Source: Actinomycetota bacterium (GTDB lineage Bacteria > Actinomycetota > Acidimicrobiia > Acidimicrobiales > CADCSY01). From it: 64,000 bases of DNA. The notes under the pieces were generated by a model. It made no database searches. It was not told where the DNA came from and worked only from the letters and a program-made list of their open reading frames with translations. Each line of letters begins with the position of its first letter. Position 1 is the first letter of the stretch. The translations under genes were made by a program, and so were the position numbers. The stretch lies in NCBI GenBank assembly GCA_004366205.1, contig SIRW01000042.1, positions 14,963 through 78,962 on the forward strand. Reading direction: 5' to 3'. This document shows, in pieces, positions 42,231-54,114 of this stretch.

Positions 42231-43547
42231 GCGCTCGGCGCCGACGACCAGCCAGGCGTCGGTGCGGTACCGCAGGCCCAGGGCGCTCATGCGCGCCACC
42301 ATCAAGAGGCCGAGCGCCGCCCACAGCCACCCGAGGCCGAGGTCCAGCACCAGCACGGCGACGGCCGCCGGCGCGAAGACGGCGGCGGCGCCGACCATCG
42401 CCCAGGCCAGGAAGCGCATGTCGCCCGCGCCGATGAGCACACCGTCGAGCACGAACACCACGGCGTTGACGGGCTGGAGGACCGCCACGAAGACCAGCAC
42501 GAACGCGCAGCGGGCGATCACGTCGGGATCGTCGGTGAACACCGCGGGGAGGGCGTCGCGCAGGAGCAGCACCACCGCCCCGAAGCCAGCACCGGCGACG
42601 AGCCCCCACTGCAGCATCCGGCGGGCGGCGGCCCGAGCGCCGTCGGGGTCACCCTCGCCGAGCAACCGGCCGGTCATGGCCTGGCCGGCGATGGCGATGG
42701 AGTCGAGCACCAGGGCGAGGAACGACCACAGCTCGAAGGCGATCTGGTGGGCGCCCAGGTCGATCACGCCGATCCGGGCGGCGATGGCGGTGGCGAGCGT
42801 GAGCGCCAGGCGCAGGGCGGCGGTGCGGACGAACAGGTCGCGGCCCACCACAGCCGCCCGGCGGATCGCCCGCAGCTGTGGGCGCACGCCGACCGAGCGG
42901 GCGCGGGCGTCCCGCCCGATCCACCACACGTAGGCGGCGGCGGCGCCGCACTGGGCGATCACGGTGGCCAGGGCGGAGGCCCCGATGCCGTAGCCCAGCC
43001 CGAAGATGAGCACGACCTCGATCACCAGGTTCGCCAGGACCGAGACCACGGCCACGACGAGCGGCGTCCGGGTGTCCTGCAGGCCCCGGAAGTAGCCGGT
43101 GCCGGCGAGCGTGAGCAGCAGGGCGGGGACGCCGGCGAGGCTGATCCGCAGGTACGTGAGGGCGTGGGTGCGCACCTCGCCGGCGGCGCCCATGGCCCCC
43201 ACCAGGGGCTCGGCGAGCACGAACCCGGCCCCGGTGAGCACTACCCCGATGCCGAGCGCCAGCCACATGCCCTGCACGGCCTGGTGGCAGGCGCGGGTGA
43301 CGTCGCCCGCACCCACCAGCCGGGCTACGGCGGCCGTCGTGCCGTAGGCCAGGAAGATGAACAGGGCGTAGCCGGTCAGCAGGATCGTGCTCGCCACCGC
43401 CAGGCCGCCGAGCTGGGGTGTGCCCAGGCGCCCGACGATGGCGGTGTCGGCGAGGATGTACAGCGGCTCGGCGGCGAGCGCGCCGAGGGCGGGAACGGCC
43501 AGGCGCACGATCTCGCGGTCCTGGGGATGGCGGAGCAGCAGCCGCAC
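42228..43547 (-). CDS. MATE family efflux transporter (DinF-like)
   Basis: Sequence: REIVRLAVPALGALAAEPLYILADTAIVGRLGTPQLGGLAVASTIL. 12 TMS pattern. Confidence 0.88.
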   Translation of the reverse strand: MRLLLRHPQDREIVRLAVPALGALAAEPLYILADTAIVGRLGTPQLGGLAVASTILLTGYALFIFLAYGTTAAVARLVGAGDVTRACHQAVQGMWLALGIGVVLTGAGFVLAEPLVGAMGAAGEVRTHALTYLRISLAGVPALLLTLAGTGYFRGLQDTRTPLVVAVVSVLANLVIEVVLIFGLGYGIGASALATVIAQCGAAAAYVWWIGRDARARSVGVRPQLRAIRRAAVVGRDLFVRTAALRLALTLATAIAARIGVIDLGAHQIAFELWSFLALVLDSIAIAGQAMTGRLLGEGDPDGARAAARRMLQWGLVAGAGFGAVVLLLRDALPAVFTDDPDVIARCAFVLVFVAVLQPVNAVVFVLDGVLIGAGDMRFLAWAMVGAAAVFAPAAVAVLVLDLGLGWLWAALGLLMVARMSALGLRYRTDAWLVVGAER

Positions 43548-43615
43548 GGCCGCTCATTCTCGCTGCGGCGCCGGCCGTCCCGTGCGCCGGTAGCGGGCGT
43601 CGGCTGGGGCGCCTG

Positions 43616-44419
43616 CTACCGGCCCTCGAAGCTCGGCTCCCGCCGCTCGAGGAACGCCGCCATCCCCTCACGGAAGTCCTTGCTCTGGAACAGCGGCAGG
43701 AGCTGAAGGTAGACGTGGTGGACGTGCTCGGTGAAGGGCTCGGCCATCGCCATGCGCATCATGCGCTTGGTGGCTCGCACCGCGAGGGGGGCGTTGGCGG
43801 CGATGCGGGCGGCCATGGCGTCGACCGCCGCTGCCAGCTCGTCGCCGGGCACAACCTGGTTGACGAGCCCGAGCTCGAGGCACTGCTCGGCGGTGAGCGT
43901 GTCGCCGGTGAACGCCAGCTCGGACGCCTTGGCCCAGCCGAGCAGGCGGGGCAGGAGCCAGGTGCCGCCGCTCTCGGGCAGCACGCCCCTCTTGGTGAAG
44001 GCGGGGGCGAGCTTGGCGCCCGCGGCGGCGATGCGGATGTCGCACCCGAGCGCCAGGTCCAGCCCGTAGCCCGCCGCGCCGCCGTTCAGCGCGCAGATCG
44101 TCGGCGTGTCGACCTCGTGGAGCACGACCGGCGGCGCCGACCGCAGGTCGAGCTCGCCCGGCCGGTGCGTGCCGGCGGCGTCGGCGCCGAGGCCCTGACC
44201 CGCCGCCATGTCCTGCAGGTCCAGGCCGGCGCAGAACCCCCGCCCGGCGCCCGTGAGCACGATCACCCGCACGTCGGGGTCGCGGTCGGCCTCGATCAGC
44301 CGCTGCGAGAGCTCGGCGAGCATCGGGCCCGAGATGGCGTTGAGCCGGTCGGGGCGGTTGAGCGTGATGGTGGCGACGGCGTCGCCGGTCTCGTACAGCA
44401 GGTCGGCCATGGGCGGCAC
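43616..44419 (-). CDS. enoyl-CoA hydratase/isomerase (crotonase) family protein
   Basis: Sequence: ITLNRPDRLNAI...VIVLTGAGRGFCAGLDL...ALNGGAAGYGLDLALGCDIRIA. Confidence 0.9.
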   Translation of the reverse strand: MPPMADLLYETGDAVATITLNRPDRLNAISGPMLAELSQRLIEADRDPDVRVIVLTGAGRGFCAGLDLQDMAAGQGLGADAAGTHRPGELDLRSAPPVVLHEVDTPTICALNGGAAGYGLDLALGCDIRIAAAGAKLAPAFTKRGVLPESGGTWLLPRLLGWAKASELAFTGDTLTAEQCLELGLVNQVVPGDELAAAVDAMAARIAANAPLAVRATKRMMRMAMAEPFTEHVHHVYLQLLPLFQSKDFREGMAAFLERREPSFEGR

Positions 44420-44425
44420 GTTAGG

Positions 44426-44644
44426 TCAGCGACGCAGCAGGAGGTTGAGGGCGACGGTGAGCACGATCGACAGCAGCAGCATCGTCCCCAGGGGTACGAA
44501 CACCCGCACGTTCCCCCGGCCGAAGCTGAGGTCGCCCGGCAGGCGACCCACCCCCAGCCCCGTCAGCACCCACAGCAGCGCGCCGAGGCCGGCCAGGGCG
44601 ACGCCGGCGAGCACGAGCAGCCGAGCCAGCTGCGACAGCTCCAT
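44426..44644 (-). CDS. DUF2905 family small membrane protein
   Basis: Start at ATG 44644. Sequence: [72 protein letters not shown]. The GRLPGD...F.FP.. pattern is typical of DUF2905. Confidence 0.7.
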   Translation of the reverse strand: MELSQLARLLVLAGVALAGLGALLWVLTGLGVGRLPGDLSFGRGNVRVFVPLGTMLLLSIVLTVALNLLLRR

Positions 44645-44720
44645 CCCGCTCGACGGTAGCGGCATCGCGGCCCCGGGCGGCGGGCTCGCAACCCGATCGG
44701 GCCGGGCGGGCCGGACGGCC

Positions 44721-44726
44721 TAGCCT
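44721..44726 (+). promoter_or_regulatory. candidate -10 hexamer TAGCCT, 7 nt upstream of ATG 44734 (leaderless ilvD)
   Basis: TANNNT with no SD. Confidence 0.4.
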
Positions 44727-44733
44727 GAGCGCC

Positions 44734-46413
44734 ATGGCCGAGGACCTGAAGCCCCGTAGCCGTGACGTCACCGAAGGTCCGCAGCGGGCGCCGGCCCGGG
44801 CGATGCTGCGGGCGATCGGGATGACCGACGACGACTGGAGCAAGCCCCAGGTCGGGATCTGCTCGTCGTGGAACGAGGTCACCCCCTGCAACCTGCCCCT
44901 CGACCGGCTGGCCAAGCGCTCGAAGGAGGGGGTGCGCGCCGCCGGCGGGTTCCCCATCGAGTTCGTGACCATCGCCGTGTCCGATGGGATCTCCATGGGG
45001 CACGAGGGCATGCGCGCCTCGCTCGTGAGCCGCGAGGTCATCGCGGACTCGGTCGAGACCGTGATGCACGCCGAGCGCTTCGACGCCCTGGTCACCTTCG
45101 CGGGGTGCGACAAGAGCCTCCCCGGCATGCTCATGGCCGCCGCCCGCCTGAACCTGCCGTCGGTGTTCCTCTACGCCGGCTCGATCCTGCCGGGCCGGTG
45201 GAAGGACCAGGCCCTCGACATCGTCTCGGTGTTCGAGGCCGTGGGCGCTCACGCCGCCGGCACGATGAGCGACGAGGAGCTGCGGGCGATCGAGTGCAAC
45301 GCCTGCCCCACCGAAGGGGCGTGCGCCGGCATGTTCACGGCCAACACGATGGCCTCGGTGGGTGAGGCGCTCGGCATGTCGCTGCCCGGCAGCGCGTCGC
45401 CGCCCGCCGTGGACCGCCGGCGCGACGACTTCGCCTACGAGAGCGGCCGGGCCGTGGTCGAGCTGCTGCGCCGGGGCATCCGGCCCCGCCAGATCATGAC
45501 CAAGGAGGCGTTCGAGAACGCCATCGCCGTGGTGATGGCCCTCGGGGGCTCGACCAACGCCGTGCTCCACCTGCTCGCCATCGCCCACGAGGCCCGGGTC
45601 GAGCTCGAGCTCGACGACTTCAACAAGGTCGCGGCGCGGGTCCCCCACATCGCCGACACCAAGCCGCACGGCCAGTACCACATGAGCGACGTCGATCGCA
45701 TCGGGGGCATCCCCGTCGTGATGCGCGAGCTGCTCGAGGCGGGCCTGCTGCACGGCGACTGCCTCACGGTCACGGGCCGGACCGTCGCCGAGAACCTGGC
45801 CGAGCTCGACCCGCCCGGTCCCGACGGCTCGGTCATCCACCCGCTGTCCGACCCCATCCACGCCGATGGCGGCATCGTGATCCTCACCGGCTCGCTGGCG
45901 CCCAAGGGCTCGGTGGTGAAGGTGGCGGGCATCGACGTCGACCGCTTCGAGGGCACGGCCCGGGTGTTCGACGGCGAGGACGGTGCGATGGAGGCGATCC
46001 TGGCCGGCCGCATCCAGCCCGGTGACGTCGTCGTGATCCGCTACGAGGGGCCCAAGGGCGGGCCGGGCATGCGCGAGATGCTCGCCGTCACCGGCGCGAT
46101 GAAGGGCGCGGGGCGCGGCGGGGACGCCGCCCTCGTCACCGACGGCCGCTTCTCCGGTGGCACCCACGGGTTCTGCATCGGTCACGTGGCACCGGAGGCC
46201 GTCGACGGCGGGCCCATCGCGTTCGTCGAGGACGGCGACCGCATCGTCATCGACGTGAAGGCCCGCTCGATCGACCTCGAGGTCGACGAGGCCACCATCG
46301 CCGAGCGCCGCGGCCGCTGGAAGCTCCCCGAGCCGCGCTACACCACCGGCGTGCTCGCCAAGTACGCCCGCCTGGCCCAGGGCGCCGACAAGGGCGCCAT
46401 CACCGAGCCGTAG
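44734..46413 (+). CDS. ilvD: dihydroxy-acid dehydratase
   Basis: Sequence: [66 protein letters not shown]. Confidence 0.96.
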   Translation: MAEDLKPRSRDVTEGPQRAPARAMLRAIGMTDDDWSKPQVGICSSWNEVTPCNLPLDRLAKRSKEGVRAAGGFPIEFVTIAVSDGISMGHEGMRASLVSREVIADSVETVMHAERFDALVTFAGCDKSLPGMLMAAARLNLPSVFLYAGSILPGRWKDQALDIVSVFEAVGAHAAGTMSDEELRAIECNACPTEGACAGMFTANTMASVGEALGMSLPGSASPPAVDRRRDDFAYESGRAVVELLRRGIRPRQIMTKEAFENAIAVVMALGGSTNAVLHLLAIAHEARVELELDDFNKVAARVPHIADTKPHGQYHMSDVDRIGGIPVVMRELLEAGLLHGDCLTVTGRTVAENLAELDPPGPDGSVIHPLSDPIHADGGIVILTGSLAPKGSVVKVAGIDVDRFEGTARVFDGEDGAMEAILAGRIQPGDVVVIRYEGPKGGPGMREMLAVTGAMKGAGRGGDAALVTDGRFSGGTHGFCIGHVAPEAVDGGPIAFVEDGDRIVIDVKARSIDLEVDEATIAERRGRWKLPEPRYTTGVLAKYARLAQGADKGAITEP

Positions 46414-46496
46414 CGCCTTCTGCCCGCAGGCGGGGCTGTCGTGGCGTCGAACGTCCCGGGATCCGGGATCACGTACGCCAAGACAGCCGCGCCGCC

Positions 46497-47393
46497 TCAG
46501 CGGAGGGCGAGGAGGACCTCGCGGGTGCGGGCGTTCTCGTCGTCGCTGCCGAACAGGGCGGCGTTGAAGTCGGTGACGCCGGCGTCGGCCATGCGGCGCA
46601 CGGCGGCGCCGACGGCCTCCTCGTCGCCGACGATCGCCACCCCGGCAGGGCCCTCGACGCCTTCGCGGTCGAGCATGGCCCGGTACGAGGGCAGCCCGCC
46701 GTAGACGGCGAACACCCGCGACGCCCGCTCCCGGGCGGCGTCGGGGTCGGTCGTCACGCACACCGGCAGCCCGGCGACCACCCGCGGCGCGGGCCGGCCG
46801 GCGGCCTCGGCGGCCTCGGTGATGCGGGGCACGATGTGGTCCGCCAGCGTCCGGGGCCCGGTCATCCACGTGGCCGTCCCGTCGGCCAGCTCGCCGGCGA
46901 TCCGCAGCATCACGGGCCCGAGGGCGGCCACCACGACCGGTGGGCCCTCGGGCCGGGCCCGCTCGAGCGGCGCGTTCACGCGGTACACCTCGCCCTGATG
47001 GGCGGCCTGACCCTCCCGCAGCAGGGGCATCAGCACCGACAGGTACTCGCGCATGTGGCGGGCGGGCGCCTCGAACGACAGCCCGAGCATCGACTCGATG
47101 ACGACCTGGTGCGACAGGCCGATGCCGAGCACGAACCGGCCGCGACAGGCGTCGTCGGCAGTGGCCGCCTGTTGGGCCATGGCGTGGGGGTGGCGGGGGA
47201 AGGTCGGCACGACGAAGGTGCCGAGCTCGATGCCGTCGACCTCGCGACCGGCGACGGCGCACGCGGTGATGGCGTCCACGGCGAAGACGTTCGACAGCCA
47301 CACCGAGGCGAAGCCCGCCTCGGCCGCCCGTCGGGCGTCGGCGACGACGCCGTCGACGCTGCTGCCCCCCAGTGATCCCAACCCGATCCGCAT
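46497..47393 (-). CDS. LLM-class (luciferase-like) F420-dependent oxidoreductase
   Basis: Start at ATG 47393. Sequence: MRIGLGSLGG...GFASVWLSNVFAVDAIT...GRFVLGIGLSHQVVIE. Confidence 0.8.
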   Translation of the reverse strand: MRIGLGSLGGSSVDGVVADARRAAEAGFASVWLSNVFAVDAITACAVAGREVDGIELGTFVVPTFPRHPHAMAQQAATADDACRGRFVLGIGLSHQVVIESMLGLSFEAPARHMREYLSVLMPLLREGQAAHQGEVYRVNAPLERARPEGPPVVVAALGPVMLRIAGELADGTATWMTGPRTLADHIVPRITEAAEAAGRPAPRVVAGLPVCVTTDPDAARERASRVFAVYGGLPSYRAMLDREGVEGPAGVAIVGDEEAVGAAVRRMADAGVTDFNAALFGSDDENARTREVLLALR

Positions 47394-47438
47394 GGGGGCC
47401 GACGCTACCCCGCTTGCGCGGCCGGCGGGATCGGTGCG

Positions 47439-47444
47439 TACACT
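47439..47444 (+). promoter_or_regulatory. candidate -10 hexamer TACACT, 7 nt upstream of the leader-peptide ATG 47452
   Basis: TANNNT with no SD, which implies a leaderless leader-peptide transcript. Confidence 0.4.
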
Positions 47445-47451
47445 GTCGGCG

Positions 47452-47490
47452 ATGCCGCAGGCCGCCACCATCCTGCTCGTAGTCACCTAG
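47452..47490 (+). CDS. ilvBNC leader peptide [12 protein letters not shown] (12 aa)
   Basis: atg ccg cag gcc gcc acc atc ctg ctc gta gtc acc tag. There are five consecutive Ile/Leu/Val codons, 116 nt upstream of ilvB. A hairpin starts at its stop codon and a terminator follows. Confidence 0.65.
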   Translation: MPQAATILLVVT

Positions 47491-47556
47491 CGCACGCCGC
47501 GTCCCGTCGCCGCGTGCGCTCCCACGACCTCCCCAGCGGGAGGTCGTCGCAGTTTT
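47489..47556 (+). terminator. attenuator: hairpin 1 (AGCGCACGC...GCGTGCGCT, 47489-47520), then terminator hairpin ACGACCTCCC-CAGC-GGGAGGTCGT (47524-47547) and a TTTT run (47553-47556)
   Basis: Both stems are perfect (9 bp and 10 bp). The T-run is one of the very few in the window. The ilvB SD AGGAG and ATG follow 50 nt later. Confidence 0.6.
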
Positions 47557-47605
47557 CCGCCCGCTCGACCCCGCCCGCCCGCACGAACCGTCCAGGAGCA
47601 CGACC

Positions 47606-49330
47606 ATGAAGCTGACCGGAGCCCAGGCGCTCATCAAGAGCCTCGAGATGGAGGGCGTGGAGGTCATGTTCGGCCTCCCCGGCGGGGCGATCCTGCCGGT
47701 GTACGACCCGATCATCGACTCGCCGATCCGCCACATCCTCGTGCGCCACGAGCAGGGGGCGGGCCACATGGCCGAGGGCTACGCGCATGTCACCGGTCGC
47801 CCCGGTGTCGCCATGGTCACGAGCGGGCCGGCCGCCACCAACGTGGTCACGCCGCTGTGCGACGCCTACATGGACTCGATCCCGCTCGTGTGCATCACCG
47901 GGCAGGTGCCGCTCAGCGCCATCGGCTCGGACGCCTTCCAGGAGTGCGACACCACCGGCATCACCATGTCGGTCACCAAGCACAACTGGCTCGTCACCGA
48001 CGCCCAGGACATCCCGCAGATCATCCGGGAGGCGTTCCACGTGGCCACCACCGGCCGGCCCGGCCCGGTGCTGGTCGACGTGCCCAAGGACGTCAGCAAC
48101 TCGATGATGGACTGGTACTGGCCCGACTCGGTCGACATGCCCGGCTACAAGCCCACCACCAAGGGCCACCCGAAGATGATCCGGGAGGCCGCCCGCCTGA
48201 TCGGCGAGTCGCACCGGCCCGTCATCTACGCCGGCGGCGGCATCCTCAAGGCCCGGGCCGCGGAGGCGCTGCGCGAGCTCGTCGAGCTCACCGGCATCCC
48301 TGTGGTCACCACGCTCATGGCCAGGGGCGCGTTTCCCGACAGCCACGAGCTGTGCCTGGGCATGCCGGGCATGCACGGCAACTACACCGCCGTCACCGCC
48401 ATGCAGCGCGCCGACCTGCTGATCGCTCTCGGGTCGCGCTTCGACGACCGGGTCACCGGCAAGGTCGACGCCTTCGCCCCCGACGCCAGGATCATCCACG
48501 CCGACATCGACCCTGCCGAGCTCGGCAAGGTCCGCAAGCCTGACGTCCCCATCGTGGGCGACTGCCGGCTCGTCATCGAGGAGCTGGTGCGGGCTGTCCA
48601 GGCCCTCGGCGGGCGCGAGGCCCAGCCCGACCGCACCGCCTGGATCGCCCAGATCCGCGACTGGCAGCGGCGCTACCCGCTCACCTACGAGCAGTCCCAG
48701 GACGGCGGGCCCCTCAAGCCGCAGTTCGTGCTCGAGACCCTGCGCGACAACACGCCCGCCGACACGATCGTCGCCGCCGGCGTGGGCCAGCACCAGATGT
48801 GGACGAGCCAGTACTGGCGGTTCGACCACCCCTACACGTGGGTGAACTCGGGCGGTCTCGGCACCATGGGCTTCGCCGTGCCCGCCGCCATCGGCGCCAA
48901 GGTCGGCAAGCCCGACCGCATGGTGTGGGCCGTCGACGGCGACGGCTGCTTCCAGATGACCGCCCAGGAGCTGGTCACCGCCCGCTCCGAGCGCATCCCG
49001 ATCAAGGTGGCGATCCTCAACAACGCCTACCTGGGCATGGTGCGCCAGTGGCAGGAGATGTTCTACGAGGAGCGCTACAGCGAGGTGTACCTGTCACCCG
49101 ACCTGCCCGACTACGTGAAGTGGGCCGAGGCCATGGGCTGCGTCGGGTTCCGGGTCGAGACCCCCGAGGACGTGCTGCCCACGATCGAGAAGGCCAACGA
49201 GATCGACGACGTGCCCGTCGTCATCGACTTCCGGACCGACTCAGGCGAGAAGGTGTACCCGATGGTCCCGGCCGGGGCGTCGAACGACGACATCGTCGTG
49301 GACCCGACCCAGGGCGAGGGGGGGCATTGA
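47606..49330 (+). CDS. ilvB: acetolactate synthase large subunit
   Basis: Sequence: [37 protein letters not shown] motif [17 protein letters not shown]...DGDGCFQM...NN. Confidence 0.96.
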   Translation: MKLTGAQALIKSLEMEGVEVMFGLPGGAILPVYDPIIDSPIRHILVRHEQGAGHMAEGYAHVTGRPGVAMVTSGPAATNVVTPLCDAYMDSIPLVCITGQVPLSAIGSDAFQECDTTGITMSVTKHNWLVTDAQDIPQIIREAFHVATTGRPGPVLVDVPKDVSNSMMDWYWPDSVDMPGYKPTTKGHPKMIREAARLIGESHRPVIYAGGGILKARAAEALRELVELTGIPVVTTLMARGAFPDSHELCLGMPGMHGNYTAVTAMQRADLLIALGSRFDDRVTGKVDAFAPDARIIHADIDPAELGKVRKPDVPIVGDCRLVIEELVRAVQALGGREAQPDRTAWIAQIRDWQRRYPLTYEQSQDGGPLKPQFVLETLRDNTPADTIVAAGVGQHQMWTSQYWRFDHPYTWVNSGGLGTMGFAVPAAIGAKVGKPDRMVWAVDGDGCFQMTAQELVTARSERIPIKVAILNNAYLGMVRQWQEMFYEERYSEVYLSPDLPDYVKWAEAMGCVGFRVETPEDVLPTIEKANEIDDVPVVIDFRTDSGEKVYPMVPAGASNDDIVVDPTQGEGGH

Positions 49331-49331
49331 C

Positions 49332-49874
49332 ATGACCGTGCCCGGCATCTCCGCCCGCCACCACACCCTGTCGGTGCTGGTCGAGAACAAAGCCGGCGTG
49401 CTCGCCCGCGTCGCCGGGCTGTTCTCGCGGCGCGGTTACAACATCTACTCGCTCGCCGTGGCGCCCACCGACGACGAGCGCTTCAGCCGCATCACGATCG
49501 TGGTCGACGTCGAGTCGGCGCCGCTCGAGCAGATCACCAAGCAGCTGTTCAAGCTCGTGAACGTCGTGAAGATCAGCGAGCTCGACCCCGCCGACTCGGT
49601 CGAGCGCGAGCTGCTGCTCTGCACGGTGCGGGCCGAGGCGGCCGTGCGCAGCCAGGTGATCGAGCTGGTGAACATCTTCGAGGGCCGCATCCTCAACGTC
49701 GGCCACGAGGAGCTCACCGTGTCGCTCGACGGCACCCCCCAGAAGATCGACGACTTCGAGGCGCTCCTGCGGCCGTACGGGATCGTGGAGCTGCAGCGCA
49801 CCGGCCGGGTTGCGCTGCCGAGGCTCGAGCGTCAGGCTCCCCGTCTGCGCTCGCTCAAGGGAAAGGCAGGCTGA
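49332..49874 (+). CDS. ilvN: acetolactate synthase small (regulatory) subunit
   Basis: ACT domain HTLSVLVENKAGVLARVAGLFSRRGYNIYSLAV. Confidence 0.95.
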   Translation: MTVPGISARHHTLSVLVENKAGVLARVAGLFSRRGYNIYSLAVAPTDDERFSRITIVVDVESAPLEQITKQLFKLVNVVKISELDPADSVERELLLCTVRAEAAVRSQVIELVNIFEGRILNVGHEELTVSLDGTPQKIDDFEALLRPYGIVELQRTGRVALPRLERQAPRLRSLKGKAG

Positions 49875-49877
49875 CCC

Positions 49878-50903
49878 GTGGCCACCATCCATTACGAGTC
49901 CGACGCCGACCGCTCGCTGATCGCCAGCCGCAAGGTGGCGGTCATCGGCTACGGCTCCCAGGGCCACGCCCACGCCCTGAACCTGGCCGACTCCGGCGTC
50001 GACGTGCGCGTCGGCCTGCGAGAGGGGTCGCCCTCGCGGGCCAAGGCCGAGGAGGCGGGCCTGCGGGTGACGACCATCGACGAGGCCGCGGCCGAGGCCG
50101 ACCTCGTCATGCTGCTCGCGCCCGACACCGAGCAGGCGTCGATCTACGACGGGCACATCGGCCGGCACCTCGAGGGCGGTGACGCCCTGTTCTTCGCCCA
50201 CGGCTTCAACATCCGCTTCGGGCAGATCGCGCCGCCCGCCGGCGTCGACGTCGCCATGGTCGCCCCCAAGGGCCCCGGCCACCTGGTGCGCCGGACCTAC
50301 ACCGAGGGCGGCGGCGTGCCGGCGCTCATCGCGGTCTCCCAGGACGCCTCGGGCAAGGCCCGCGACCTGGCGCTCTCGTACGCCGACGCCATCGGCGCCA
50401 CCCGCGCCGGCGTGCTCGAGACCACCTTCGAGGAGGAGACCGAGACCGACCTGTTCGGCGAGCAGGTGGTGCTCTGCGGTGGGCTCACCGCCCTCGTGCA
50501 GGCCGGCTTCGAGACGCTCGTCGAGGCCGGCTACCAGCCCGAGTCCGCGTACTTCGAGTGCCTCCACGAGCTGAAGCTGATCGTCGACCTCATGTACGAG
50601 CAGGGCATCAGCGGCATGCGCTACTCGATCTCCGACACCGCCGAGTACGGCGACCTCACCCGGGGGCCGCGGATCATCGACGACCACGTGCGCACCCAGA
50701 TGCGCGAGATCCTCGCCGAGATCCGCTCGGGGGCGTTCGCCACCGAGTGGATCGCCGAGAGCCGGGCCGGCCGGGCCCGCTTCAACGAGCTGCGCGAGGC
50801 CGGCCAGCGGCACCAGATCGAGCAGGTCGGCGCCGAGCTGCGCCGGATGATGCCCTGGATCGCTGCCGGCAAGCAGCGCGTCGAGGACGTGAGCGGCGGC
50901 TGA
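49878..50903 (+). CDS. ilvC: ketol-acid reductoisomerase
   Basis: Sequence: [51 protein letters not shown]. Confidence 0.96.
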   Translation: MATIHYESDADRSLIASRKVAVIGYGSQGHAHALNLADSGVDVRVGLREGSPSRAKAEEAGLRVTTIDEAAAEADLVMLLAPDTEQASIYDGHIGRHLEGGDALFFAHGFNIRFGQIAPPAGVDVAMVAPKGPGHLVRRTYTEGGGVPALIAVSQDASGKARDLALSYADAIGATRAGVLETTFEEETETDLFGEQVVLCGGLTALVQAGFETLVEAGYQPESAYFECLHELKLIVDLMYEQGISGMRYSISDTAEYGDLTRGPRIIDDHVRTQMREILAEIRSGAFATEWIAESRAGRARFNELREAGQRHQIEQVGAELRRMMPWIAAGKQRVEDVSGG

Positions 50904-50967
50904 CGCGCCGTCGGCGGGCGCCCGATCGCCCTAATCCCGAGTTGAACGGTCGGGATTGCGGCCGTAG

Positions 50968-52305
<1,338 letters not shown>

Positions 52306-52320
52306 CGCCTTGCGCACGAC

Positions 52321-52368
52321 GTAGCGGTCGGGGGCGGGGCTCGCCGCCGCCCCGCCCCCGACCGCTAC
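52321..52368. terminator. 20-bp perfect inverted repeat between convergent metY and the acyl-CoA synthetase gene (bidirectional terminator candidate)
   Basis: GTAGCGGTCGGGGGCGGGGC-tcgccgcc-GCCCCGCCCCCGACCGCTAC. The right arm includes the TAG stop (52365-52367) of the minus-strand gene. No U-tract. Confidence 0.55.
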
Positions 52369-54077
52369 ATCGTCTCCTCGAAGCTGACCTCGCCCTCGCC
52401 CCGGAGCACGTTCTTGAGCAGCTTGCCCGAGGCGTTGCGGGGCAGCTTGGCGTCGGTGAGCTCCACGTAGGCCGGCACCTTGAAGTAGGCGAGGGCGTCG
52501 GCCACCCACTGGCGCACCTCGTCCTCGGTGAGCGTCTCGCCGGGCTCCACCTGCACCACGGCCTTGACCTCCTCACCGAGCTCGTCGTGGGGGACGCCGA
52601 TGACGGCGGCGTCGGCCACCTTCGGGTGCTCGACGAGGCGGTTCTCGATCTCGACGCAGTAGATGTTCTCGCCGCCCCGGATGATCATGTCCTTGGCCCG
52701 GTCGGTGATGTACAGGAACCCTTCGTCGTCGACGTGGCCGACGTCGCCGGTCCACAGCCACCCGTCGCGCACGGTCTCGGCGGTCTCGGCCGGCTTGTTC
52801 CAGTAGCCCGGCATGACGATCGGGCCGCGGATGAGCACCTCGCCCGTCGCGCCCGTGGGCACCTCCTCGCCGTTCGGGTCGACGATCTTGATGTCGACCA
52901 CGGGCATGGGACGGCCCACCGAGTCGGGCTTGGCGAGGAACTCCTCGCCGCTGTTCACCGTGGCGACCGAGCTGGACTCGGTGAGGCCGTAGGCGTTCGA
53001 GAGGGTCGTGACGTTCGGGAACGTCTCCTGCACCCGGCGCTGCAGCTCGGCGGCCGAGGGCGACCCGCCGTAGGCGACGCTGGTGACCGAGCTGGTGTCG
53101 TAGTCGTGCCGGCCCGGGTACTCGGTCACCCGCCACACCATGGTGGGGACGGTCGCCCACACGGTGATCTTCTCGTCCTGGATCAGGCGCAGCACGACCT
53201 CCGGGTCGAAGCGACCCTCGGGGATCACGAGCTTGACGCCGGCGAGCAGGCCGACGACGAGCCCCGAGTGGCACCCCGACACGTGGAACAGGGGGGAGGT
53301 GAGCAGCGAGGCGTTCTGGCCGCCGCCGCTGGGCAGCGCCCCGCCGCCCGCCATGGCCCCGGCCACCGCGTTGTACATCGTGTTCTGCAGGTTGGCGATC
53401 ATCGAGCGGTGCGTGGAGATGGCGCCCTTGGGCTTCCCGGTGGTGCCGCTCGTGTAGAAGATGACGGCGTAGTCGTCCTCGTCGATGTCGACGGCGGGGA
53501 GCTCGGGGGTGGGGTCCCCGGTGAGCTCGCCGAAGGGGCGCAGCCGGGGGTCGTCGCCCACGTCGGCGGGCTCGGCGCCGGCCAGGAAGACGACCTCGAG
53601 GTCGGGGAGCTCGTCGAGGCGGCCGGCGATGCGCTCGAAGCGGGGACGGTCGGCCACGAGCACCTTCGCCCCCGAGTCCTGGAGCCCGTAGAGGATCTCG
53701 TCGGTCTTCCACCACCCGTTGAGCCCCACGAGGATGGCGCCGAGGTCGACCGTGGCCCAGAACGTGAGGCACCACTCGGGGTTGTTGGCCGACAGCACGG
53801 CGACCCGGTCGCCTCTGGTCACCCCGTGACGGCCGGCCAGGGCGTGGGCGACCGAGTTGGACTCCTCGACGAAGCGGGCGAAGCCCCACCGGCGCTCGCC
53901 GTACACCAGGAACGTCTGGTCGTCGCCGCGCAGCAGCGCCGCCTGCGCGACCTCCCGAAGGGCCCGCATCCGCTCCTTGTAGACCTTCATCTCGACGCCG
54001 TTGACCGTCTCGGTCACGACCTCGAACATGCCGCCCGGGCCCGTGAGCATGGCCTGGACCTCGGCCTTGGTGGGCAT
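52365..54077 (-). CDS. AMP-dependent acyl-CoA synthetase / fatty-acid-CoA ligase
   Basis: Sequence: IFYTSGTTGKPKGA, YGLTE, TGDVGHVDDEGFLYITDRAKDMI, GKLLK. Confidence 0.92.
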   Translation of the reverse strand: MPTKAEVQAMLTGPGGMFEVVTETVNGVEMKVYKERMRALREVAQAALLRGDDQTFLVYGERRWGFARFVEESNSVAHALAGRHGVTRGDRVAVLSANNPEWCLTFWATVDLGAILVGLNGWWKTDEILYGLQDSGAKVLVADRPRFERIAGRLDELPDLEVVFLAGAEPADVGDDPRLRPFGELTGDPTPELPAVDIDEDDYAVIFYTSGTTGKPKGAISTHRSMIANLQNTMYNAVAGAMAGGGALPSGGGQNASLLTSPLFHVSGCHSGLVVGLLAGVKLVIPEGRFDPEVVLRLIQDEKITVWATVPTMVWRVTEYPGRHDYDTSSVTSVAYGGSPSAAELQRRVQETFPNVTTLSNAYGLTESSSVATVNSGEEFLAKPDSVGRPMPVVDIKIVDPNGEEVPTGATGEVLIRGPIVMPGYWNKPAETAETVRDGWLWTGDVGHVDDEGFLYITDRAKDMIIRGGENIYCVEIENRLVEHPKVADAAVIGVPHDELGEEVKAVVQVEPGETLTEDEVRQWVADALAYFKVPAYVELTDAKLPRNASGKLLKNVLRGEGEVSFEETM

Positions 54078-54114
54078 CGTCCCCCCTGTCCTCAGCTCGC
54101 TGACGTGGGCGTCA

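Noticed and set aside
43589-43620. Hairpin GGTAGC...GCTACC overlapping the stop codon of the crotonase gene
   Set aside because: The outer stem is only 6 bp and the interior is imperfect. It could be a weak terminator, but support is insufficient.
46414-46496. Terminator or direct repeat (CCGGGAT x2, imperfect GCCCGC/GCGGGG hairpin) between convergent ilvD and the LLM oxidoreductase gene
   Set aside because: The stems are short and imperfect and there is no U-tract. This is not strong enough to call.
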